This document shows, piece by piece, positions 56,715 through 64,000 of a stretch of 64,000 bases of DNA. The DNA is from Anaeromyxobacter sp. (GTDB lineage Bacteria; Myxococcota; Myxococcia; Myxococcales; Anaeromyxobacteraceae): NCBI GenBank assembly GCA_049840735.1, contig JASGJN010000013.1, positions 128,001-192,000 of the forward strand. Direction: 5' to 3'. The first letter of the stretch is position 1. Every line of letters starts with the position of its first letter. A model generated the notes under the pieces. The model saw only the letters and a list, made by a program, of their open reading frames with translations. It did not search any database and had not been told where the DNA came from. The translations under genes were made by a program, and so were the position numbers.

Positions 56715-58577
56715 GTGGCGCGCATCCTCCTGGCCGAGGGCCACTCCGAGACCCGTGAGCTCCTGGCCGGCCGCCTCGCCGAGGCCGGGCTCGACGTGGT
56801 CCAGGCTGCGGACGTGGCGCGGGCCTGGGAGGCCGCGCAGGCGGGCCGCCCGGACCTGGTGGTCCTCTCGGCCGACCTCGACGACTGCGTCGGCCTCGCC
56901 ACCCGGCTGCGCGCGGCGGACCCGCGCGTGCTGGTGGTGGCGGTGGACCGCCAGCACCTGGGCGAGGCGCGCGGGGTCCACGCCCTCCTGCCGCTGCGGG
57001 CCGGGGCCTACGTGGCCGACCCCACCAGCCCGGAGCTGGTGGAGAAGGTCCGCCAGCTCCTGGCCCAGCGCGCGGCGGGCGGGAAGTCGCCGCTCCGCGG
57101 CGCGGCCCTGGTGCTGTCGCGCGAGCCGGCGGCGCGCGGCGAGGTGAAGACCGGCGTGGTGGCGCGGCTGCTCCACCAGCTCTGGCGCAACCGCTCGAAC
57201 GGCATCCTGGTGCTGGAGGAGCCGGGGCGCACCCGGCGGCTGCTGGTGCTGCTGGGCGCGCCGGTGGCGGTCGTGTCGGACGATCCCGGCGAGGCCATGC
57301 TCCGGTGGCTGCGCGACCAGGGGCGGCTCAACGCGGCGGCCCACGACGCGGTGCTGGAGGCCATGGCCAGCGGCCAGCCGGCGGTCGAGGCGCTGGTGGC
57401 GGCCGGGGTGCTGGACCAGGGCGAGCCGCTGCAGGCCACGCTGCGCGCCCACCAGAAGGCGCTGGCGGTCCGGGCGGTGGCGGTGCGCCAGGGGCAGTGG
57501 CGGTTCCACGCCGGCGCGGAGCACGCCGCCGAGGTGCAGCCGCTGGAGCTCCTGCCGCTGCAAATCATCCTCGAGGGGGCCCGGGGCGGGATCCCGGCCC
57601 GGCACTTCGCCGAGGCGCTGCGCGCGGTCACCGACGCCTACCCGGCCCGCACCGCCGAGTTCGACGCCCTGCTGCCGGCCGCCGGCCTGGGCGGCGCCGA
57701 CCTGCGGCTGGCGCTGGCCATCGACGGGAGCCTCTCCACCCGCGCCTTCGTGGAGTCGCGCGGGGCGGCGGACATGAAGGACGCGCTGCTCCTGCTCTGG
57801 TTCCTCTCCATGGTGGGCGCGGTGGCCTTCCACCAGGCGCCCGCCGGCGAGGCGCCCGCCGAGGCGCCGGCCGCGCCGCGCCGCCCGCCGCTGCCGGCGG
57901 AGCGGGCCGAGGCGCTGCGCCAGGCCGCGCTGCGGATCGTCCCCGGCTCCTACTACCACGCGCTGGGCGTGGACATCGCCGCCGACGCCGCCGAGGTGGA
58001 GCGCGCCTTCCGCGAGGTGGGCAGCCGCTGGCACGCCGACCAGTTCGCGGCCTACGACACCGGCGACCTCTCCGACCTGCTGGCCGCGGTGCAGGACAAG
58101 GTCAACGCCGCCTACCGCGTCCTCTCCAGCGACGAGAAGCGGCGCGGCTACCTCTCCTTCCTGCTGCTCCGCTTCGAGCTCTCCGGCGTGCGCCGCCCCG
58201 GCATCGACGTGGACGCCGAGGTGGCCTTCAAGCGCGGCGAGCGGGCCCTGCGCGAGCGCAAGCCGGCCGCGGCCCTGGGCGCGCTGCGCGAGGCGGCGAG
58301 GCGCAACCCGCGGGAGCCGGAGTACGCGGCGCTGCTCGCCTTCGCCACGCTGCACGACCCGACGCTGGGGCCGGCGGAGCGCGCCGAGGAGGCGCGCCGG
58401 GCGGCCCGGCAGGCGCTGGAGCTGGCCCCCGAGCACGCCCGCACGCGGGCGGTGGCGGCGCTGGCCGAGGCCGCCGCCGGCGACCGCGCCGCGGCCCGCA
58501 AGCACGTGGCCGAGGGGCTCCGCAGCCACCCGGACTCCGAGCTGCTGAAGAAGGTCGCGGAGCGGGTGCGGGCTTGA
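56715..58577 (+). CDS. Multidomain protein: degenerate REC, DUF4388-like region, DnaJ-like domain, TPR
   Basis: ARILLAE…PDLVVL; YYHALGV…WHADQF…VNAAYRVLS…RRGY J-domain pattern; C-terminal TPR-like helices. Confidence 0.78.
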   Translation: MARILLAEGHSETRELLAGRLAEAGLDVVQAADVARAWEAAQAGRPDLVVLSADLDDCVGLATRLRAADPRVLVVAVDRQHLGEARGVHALLPLRAGAYVADPTSPELVEKVRQLLAQRAAGGKSPLRGAALVLSREPAARGEVKTGVVARLLHQLWRNRSNGILVLEEPGRTRRLLVLLGAPVAVVSDDPGEAMLRWLRDQGRLNAAAHDAVLEAMASGQPAVEALVAAGVLDQGEPLQATLRAHQKALAVRAVAVRQGQWRFHAGAEHAAEVQPLELLPLQIILEGARGGIPARHFAEALRAVTDAYPARTAEFDALLPAAGLGGADLRLALAIDGSLSTRAFVESRGAADMKDALLLLWFLSMVGAVAFHQAPAGEAPAEAPAAPRRPPLPAERAEALRQAALRIVPGSYYHALGVDIAADAAEVERAFREVGSRWHADQFAAYDTGDLSDLLAAVQDKVNAAYRVLSSDEKRRGYLSFLLLRFELSGVRRPGIDVDAEVAFKRGERALRERKPAAALGALREAARRNPREPEYAALLAFATLHDPTLGPAERAEEARRAARQALELAPEHARTRAVAALAEAAAGDRAAARKHVAEGLRSHPDSELLKKVAERVRA

Positions 58578-58605
58578 GCCCGCGGTCCACCGGCGGGGCC
58601 GCGGC

Positions 58606-59574
58606 TCAGGCCGCCGAGCCGACCTGGCCCTGCGCCGCCTGGCCCTGGCGCACCACGTCCGCCAGCGCGGCGATGAAGTCCGGGCGCACGCCCAGCGCCG
58701 GCACGCGGCGGTAGGCGGTGGCGCCGCCCTTCTCCGCCGCCTCCCTCGCCAGGATGTCCATGTCGTAGAGCGTCTCGAGGTGCTCGGAGACGAAGGCGAT
58801 GGGCACCGTGACGATGGCGCGGCCGCGCGCGCTCGCGGCCAGGTACTCGGTGGTGTCGGGGCCCAGCCACCTCGCCGGACCCACCTTGCTCTGGTAGGTG
58901 ACCTGGAAGTCGGTCACGCTGGCGCGGCGCGCCGTCTCGGCCGAGGAGTGCTCGACGTAGCCGGGGTACGGGTCGCCCTTGCGCACCTGGCTCATGGGCA
59001 GCCCGTGGGCGGAGAAGATCACCTTCACCCGCCCCTGCTCCTCCGCCGGCAGCCGCGCGATGGTCTCGCGCAGCGCCGCCGCCGAGGCGTCCAGGTAGCC
59101 GGCGTGGTCGTGCCAGGTGCAGATCTCGGCCAGCGGCCGGTCCTGGGGCCACAGCCGGCGCAGCTCCAGCAGCGAGCTGCGGGTGGTGGCGTTGGCGTAC
59201 TGCGGGTAGAGCGGCAGCGCCACGGCCTGCGTGGCTCCGGCGGCCAGCGCGTCGCGCACGCCCTCGGCGGTGCTGGGGTGGCCGCAGCGCATGGCCAGGT
59301 GGCAGGACCAGCCCGGCCCCAGGGCTGCCTGCAGCGCCCGGGCCTGCGCCTCCGTCCCCTCCACCAGCGGCGACTTCCCGCCGATGAGCGCGTACTTCCC
59401 GGCCGAGGACGGCGCGCGGAAGTGGCTCACCAGCTTCGCGAAGAGCGGGCGGAGCGGGCCGAAGGGCGCCGAGACCACCAGCGGATCCGAGAACAGCTCG
59501 TAGAGGTAGGGCTCCACCTCCTCGAGGTTCCGCGGACCGCCCAGGTTCATCAGGAAGACGGCGGTGTGGGCCAT
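58606..59574 (-). CDS. hemH: Ferrochelatase
   Basis: LMNLGGP, IGGKSPL, LPLYPQY, FSAHGLP, GDPY, YQSKVG…WLGP, FVSEHLETL. Confidence 0.95.
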   Translation of the reverse strand: MAHTAVFLMNLGGPRNLEEVEPYLYELFSDPLVVSAPFGPLRPLFAKLVSHFRAPSSAGKYALIGGKSPLVEGTEAQARALQAALGPGWSCHLAMRCGHPSTAEGVRDALAAGATQAVALPLYPQYANATTRSSLLELRRLWPQDRPLAEICTWHDHAGYLDASAAALRETIARLPAEEQGRVKVIFSAHGLPMSQVRKGDPYPGYVEHSSAETARRASVTDFQVTYQSKVGPARWLGPDTTEYLAASARGRAIVTVPIAFVSEHLETLYDMDILAREAAEKGGATAYRRVPALGVRPDFIAALADVVRQGQAAQGQVGSAA

Positions 59575-59579
59575 GCCGG

Positions 59580-60956
59580 CTAGACCGTCCGCGAGAACTG
59601 CTTCTTGCCCCCGGCCTTGCGCAGGTAGGCGTCGAAGAGCATGGCCACGTTGCGCACCAGCAGCTGCCCCAGCGGCGTCACGCGCAGCAGGGTGCCGTCG
59701 AAGGTGACCAGCCCGTCCTCCTGCAGCTCCTTCACGCCGCCGGCCAGGTCGGCCTCCAGCGCGGCGCGGGCCTCGGGGCCGAACCGGGTGGCGATCTCGG
59801 CCAGGTCGAGCTTGAGCAGGCACATCACCCGGTTGATGGCGAAGCGGCGCATCACGTCGTCGGCGCTCATGGAGCTGCCGCGCTCGACCGGCACCACGCC
59901 GGCCTCCACCTGGGCGGCCCAGTCCTTCAGCTTGTGCGCGTTCTGGGCGTAGGCGCCGCCGATGTCCGAGATGGAGGTCATGCCGAAGGCGACGGTGTCG
60001 TCGGCCGGGCGGACCGTGTAGCCCTGGAAGTTGCGGTACAGGAACCCGCCGTCCTGGGCGTGCGCCAGCTCGTCCGACTCCAGCGCAAAGTGGTCCAGGC
60101 CGATCAGCCGGTAGCCGCTGCGGGTGAAGGCCTCCACCGAGGAGAGGAACAGCTCCACGCGCTGCTCGGTCTTGGGCAGCGCCTCCTGCGGGAGCAGCCG
60201 CTGGTGCGGCTTCGACCAGGGGACGTAGGCGAAGCCGAACACCGCCATGCGGTCCGGGTGGATGGCCAGGATCCGCTCCAGCGTGCGGGTCCAGGTCTCC
60301 GGGGTCTGGTAGGGCAGGCCGTAGATCAGGTCGAGGTTCACGCCCTTGAAGCCGTTGGCGCGCGCGGCGGCCACCAGGTCGGCGGTCTCCTTCTCGCCCT
60401 GGATGCGCCCGACCACCTGCTGCACCTTGTCGTCGAAGTCCTGCACGCCCATGGAGATCCGGTTGAACCCCAGCCGGGCCAGCGTCTCGATCTGCGCGCG
60501 GGTGGTGATGGCCGGGTCGATCTCGATGGCCTTCTCCACGTCCTTCGTGAAGGTGAAGTGGCGGCCCAGGATCTCGTGGCAGCGGACCAGCTGCCGCTCG
60601 TCGAGGAAGGTGGGGGTGCCGCCGCCCCAGTGGAGCTGCGAGACCTCGCGCCGGTCGGGCAGCCGGGCCGCCACCAGCGCGACCTCCTTCTCCAGCACGT
60701 CCAGGTAGCCGTCGGCGCGCGAGCGGTCGTGGGTGGCGATGACGTTGCACCCGCAGAACCGGCACATCTCGCGGCAGAACGGGAGGTGCACGTAGAGCGA
60801 GAGCGGCCCCTGGGCGGCGTTGGCGCGCGCCAGGTGGTCCTGGTACTGGGCCGGGCCGAACGCCTCCGACCACTCGGGCGCGGTGGGGTAGCTGGTGTAC
60901 CGGGGCCCGGGCCGGTCGTACTTCCTGATGAGCTCCCAGGACGGGATCTGGAGCAT
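59580..60956 (-). CDS. hemN: Oxygen-independent coproporphyrinogen III oxidase
   Basis: GPRYTSYPTA, HLPFCREMCRFCGC, WGGGTP, SMGVQDF, DLIYGLP, RNFQGY. Confidence 0.95.
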   Translation of the reverse strand: MLQIPSWELIRKYDRPGPRYTSYPTAPEWSEAFGPAQYQDHLARANAAQGPLSLYVHLPFCREMCRFCGCNVIATHDRSRADGYLDVLEKEVALVAARLPDRREVSQLHWGGGTPTFLDERQLVRCHEILGRHFTFTKDVEKAIEIDPAITTRAQIETLARLGFNRISMGVQDFDDKVQQVVGRIQGEKETADLVAAARANGFKGVNLDLIYGLPYQTPETWTRTLERILAIHPDRMAVFGFAYVPWSKPHQRLLPQEALPKTEQRVELFLSSVEAFTRSGYRLIGLDHFALESDELAHAQDGGFLYRNFQGYTVRPADDTVAFGMTSISDIGGAYAQNAHKLKDWAAQVEAGVVPVERGSSMSADDVMRRFAINRVMCLLKLDLAEIATRFGPEARAALEADLAGGVKELQEDGLVTFDGTLLRVTPLGQLLVRNVAMLFDAYLRKAGGKKQFSRTV

Positions 60957-60970
60957 GGTGCGGTGCCTTC

Positions 60971-62017
60971 CTAGAGGGCCAGCGCGTGCACGGCGTCCAC
61001 CACGGCCTTCACCGTGGCGGGGGGCGTGCCGACCTGGATGCCGTGGCCCAGGTTGAAGATGTAACCCGGCGCCGGACCGGCCGCCCGGGCCAGCGCCACC
61101 GCGCGGGCCACGGCGTTCCCGGCGGGGCCCAGGAGCAGCGTGGAGTCGTAGTTGCCTTGCACGGCCAGGCCGGGCACGCGGGCCCGCGCCTCGTCGATAG
61201 GGATGCGCCAGTCCACCGAGAGGACGTCGTAGCCCAGCGTGGCCAGCCGCTCGAGGTGGGCGGTGGTGCCGGTGGAGAAGAAGATGGCCGGGACGCCCGC
61301 CTTGCGGACCGCCTCGGCGATGCGGGCCAGGTACGGGAAGGCGAACTCCTCCAGGTCCTCGCGCGCCAGCTCGCCCAGCCAGCTCTCGAAGATCTGCGCC
61401 GCCTCGGCGCCGGCCGCGATCTGCGCCTCGATCTGCACGATGGCGGCGCGGGTGAGCTTGTCGAAGAGCGCGTGGGCCGCGGCCGGATCGCTCCAGAGCA
61501 GCGTCTTCAGCCGGGTGAAGCCCTGGCTGCCGCCCTCGACCGCGTAGCTGGCCACGGTGAACGGGCCGCCCACGAAGCCGATCAGCGGCACGCGGCCGGC
61601 CAGGCCGCGCTTGATGGCGGCCACGCCGTCCAGCACGTAGCGCAGGTCGCGCTCCGGGTCGGGGACCGTGAGCGCGTCCACGTCGGCGCGGGTCCGGACC
61701 GGGTTGGCGATCTTCGGCCCGCCGTCGCCCTTCCCCTTCTCGCCCTTCTCGAAGGACAGCTCCAACCCCATGGCCGGCAGGTGGACCAGGATGTCGGAGA
61801 ACAGGATGGCGGCGTCGAACCCGAACTCGTCGATGGGCGAGAGGGTGACCTGGGCGATCAGCTCCGGGGAGCGGCACAGCTCCAGGAACCCGACCTTCTC
61901 GCGGACGGCGCGGTAGGAGGGCTGGTACCGCCCGGCCTGGCGCATCATCCAGACGGGGAGGCGGTCGACGGGCTGGCGGCGGCAGGCGGCGAGGAAGCGG
62001 TGGGGCGTGGGGGCCAT
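60971..62017 (-). CDS. hemE: Uroporphyrinogen decarboxylase
   Basis: PVWMMRQAGRY, AAILFSDIL, LIGF.GGPFT, QIFESW, FNLGHGI. Confidence 0.96.
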   Translation of the reverse strand: MAPTPHRFLAACRRQPVDRLPVWMMRQAGRYQPSYRAVREKVGFLELCRSPELIAQVTLSPIDEFGFDAAILFSDILVHLPAMGLELSFEKGEKGKGDGGPKIANPVRTRADVDALTVPDPERDLRYVLDGVAAIKRGLAGRVPLIGFVGGPFTVASYAVEGGSQGFTRLKTLLWSDPAAAHALFDKLTRAAIVQIEAQIAAGAEAAQIFESWLGELAREDLEEFAFPYLARIAEAVRKAGVPAIFFSTGTTAHLERLATLGYDVLSVDWRIPIDEARARVPGLAVQGNYDSTLLLGPAGNAVARAVALARAAGPAPGYIFNLGHGIQVGTPPATVKAVVDAVHALAL

Positions 62018-62166
62018 GGGGGGCGACAATATAGACCAGGGCCCGGGGGAAAACACGGACTTACCCCACTGACGCGGCCTGCCTGCAGGCCGCGTCCTGC
62101 ACGGGTGGCAAACGGTTGCCTGCGCGCCGCTCGCGCGGCGGTGGGCAGGTTTCGGTACGTGCCGGC

Positions 62167-62454
62167 CTACACGCCCAGCGCCGCCAGCACCTGGGCTGCG
62201 GTTACCCCGGCCGTCCGCACCGTCTTCCGCCGCCCGGTCTCGCCGCGCTGGATCTCCACCGCTGCCTTGCGCACCGAGAGGGCGCCGGCCAGGAACGCGA
62301 TCAGCGCGGCGTTGGCCTCGCCGTCCACGGGCGGGGCCGCCAGCGCGACCTTGAGCCGGCCGTCGTGCTCGCCCACCACCGCGGTGCGCGAGGCACGGGG
62401 CTGGACCAGCACCTCCAGCACCGCGCCGCCGGGCGCGTCGCGGACCCAGGCCAT
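62167..62454 (-). CDS. DUF167 (YggU-like) protein
   Basis: [23 protein letters not shown]. Confidence 0.9.
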   Translation of the reverse strand: MAWVRDAPGGAVLEVLVQPRASRTAVVGEHDGRLKVALAAPPVDGEANAALIAFLAGALSVRKAAVEIQRGETGRRKTVRTAGVTAAQVLAALGV

Positions 62455-63260
62455 CAGCGCATCCCGAGCAGGGCGATGCGGGCCTTGTCGGCCTTCTCGA
62501 CCATGCGGTCGAGGTCCATCACCAGCGTGGCGCCCGCCTCGACGGCCAGCACCCGGCCGCCGGCCTCGCGCAGCGAGTCCACCGTGTCCGGCCCCACGGC
62601 CGGCAGGTCGAAGCGCCGGTCCTGGCCCGGCTTCACCGCCTTCACGACCACGAAGCCGCCGGACCTGGCCAGCTCGCCGCCGCGCCGGATGCAGGCGTCG
62701 GTCCCCTCCAGCGCCTCCACCGCCAGCCCGACCCGATCCTTCACCACCACCGTCTGGCCCAGGTCGAGCTTGCCGATGCCGCGCGCCAGCTCGAGGCCGT
62801 AGCGGGCGTCGGCCAGCTCGTCCTCGCTCGGCTGGTGCCTGCCCATGACCCCCTCGCGCGCCAGCCGGTCGGCCAGGTAGGGCGTGGGGTCGGTGATGGG
62901 CAGGCCCTCCTCCTCGAGGAAGCGGGCCATGGCGCGGAGCAGGTTGTCGTCGGAGCGGATGGCCACGCGGGCCAGCACCCGCAGGCCGGTCGCGTCCAGC
63001 ATGGCGTCGTGGAAGAAGCGGCGCTTGGTGATGGCGCCCAGCATGACCGCCTGCGTGGCGCCGCCGGACTTGAGCGCCTCCAGCAGGTGGCCGATCTGGC
63101 CCAGCTTGATCCAGGTGAGCCCGTCCACCGCCTGCTCCAGCGCCGGGTCGGTCTCGCTGCGGTGGGCCACCGCGACGACGCGGTGGCCGGCCTTGCGGGC
63201 GCTCTCGGCGAACAGCAGGGGGAAGCGGCCGCCGCCGGCGATCAGGCCGATGGTGGCCAT
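62454..63260 (-). CDS. lpxI: UDP-2,3-diacylglucosamine diphosphatase LpxI
   Basis: [37 protein letters not shown]. Confidence 0.92.
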   Translation of the reverse strand: MATIGLIAGGGRFPLLFAESARKAGHRVVAVAHRSETDPALEQAVDGLTWIKLGQIGHLLEALKSGGATQAVMLGAITKRRFFHDAMLDATGLRVLARVAIRSDDNLLRAMARFLEEEGLPITDPTPYLADRLAREGVMGRHQPSEDELADARYGLELARGIGKLDLGQTVVVKDRVGLAVEALEGTDACIRRGGELARSGGFVVVKAVKPGQDRRFDLPAVGPDTVDSLREAGGRVLAVEAGATLVMDLDRMVEKADKARIALLGMR

Positions 63261-64000
63261 CTACCGGGTGATGCCCCGCTGCGAGGCCTTGAGGAAGGCG
63301 GTCAGGTGGGCGACCTCGGGGGCCGCCCCCAGCTCCGCCTCCAGCTGCGCGATGGCCTCGGCCAGGCCCAGGTTGGAGCGGAAGACGATCTTGTAGGCCT
63401 GCTTCACGCGCCCGACCTGCTCCTCGGTGAAGCCGGCCCGCTGCAGGCCGATCACGTTGAGGGCGGCCAGCTCGGCGCGGGCCCCGGCCACCGTGGTGTA
63501 GGGCGCCACGTCCATCACCACGCCCGTCAGCCCGGAGACGAAGGAGAGCCGGCCGATGCGGCAGAACTGGTGCACGGCGGCCAGGCCGCCCAGGTGCACG
63601 TGGTCCTCGACGGTGACGTGGCCGGCCAGGGCCACGCCGTTCGCGATGATGGCGCCGTCGGCGATGACGCAGTCGTGGCCGACGTGGCTGTAGGCCATGA
63701 ACAGGCAGCCGTTCGCGATTGACGTCACGCCGCCGCCCTGGGCGGTGCCCAGGTTGATGGTGGTGAACTCGCGGAAGGTGTTCCGGTCGCCGATCTCGAG
63801 CCGGGTGGGCTCGCCGCGGTACTTCAGATCCTGCGGCACGCCGCCGATGGCCGCGTGCGGGAAGATCCGGTTCTCCGCGCCCAGCGTGGTCCGGCCGCCC
63901 ACGGTGGCGTGGGCGCCCACCGAGGTGCGCGGGCCGATCACCACGTCCGGCCCGATCACGGCGTAGGGACCGATCTCCGCGCTGGGGTCGACCCGGGCCC
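63261..64000 (-). CDS. lpxA: UDP-N-acetylglucosamine O-acyltransferase, 5'-truncated by the window edge
   Basis: Hexapeptide repeats, [34 protein letters not shown]. Confidence 0.95.
   Translation of the reverse strand, partial: ARVDPSAEIGPYAVIGPDVVIGPRTSVGAHATVGGRTTLGAENRIFPHAAIGGVPQDLKYRGEPTRLEIGDRNTFREFTTINLGTAQGGGVTSIANGCLFMAYSHVGHDCVIADGAIIANGVALAGHVTVEDHVHLGGLAAVHQFCRIGRLSFVSGLTGVVMDVAPYTTVAGARAELAALNVIGLQRAGFTEEQVGRVKQAYKIVFRSNLGLAEAIAQLEAELGAAPEVAHLTAFLKASQRGITR

Overview
Very GC-rich chromosomal window with gene content and order typical of Myxococcota, most like Anaeromyxobacter (inferred from gene content, not from a database search). It is mostly core genome: thyX, sppA, rho, uvrA, rseP, purC/purB, the dut-pnp-rpsO-truB-rbfA-DUF503-infB-ylxR-nusA-rimP cluster, xseA-xseB-(RR)-ispA-dxs-tlyA, hemE-hemN-hemH and lpxA-lpxI, plus myxobacterial-style signalling genes. 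I saw no tRNA, rRNA, CRISPR array or transposase. The strongest unexplained signal is 14 single-base frameshifts in 10 genes, many normally essential. All lie at or beside a GATC, and 9 read GATC as GATTC/GAATC. This suggests a sequencing footprint of a GATC-specific DNA modification rather than true pseudogenes. Other notable items: a catalytically dead M13 peptidase lipoprotein; an uncharacterised module of two paralogous membrane proteins flanking a 79-aa protein; a duplicated tlyA 3' end around a hairpin-rich 210-bp insert; a covarying REP-like repeat family; a secreted metallothionein-like peptide; and several apparently leaderless genes.
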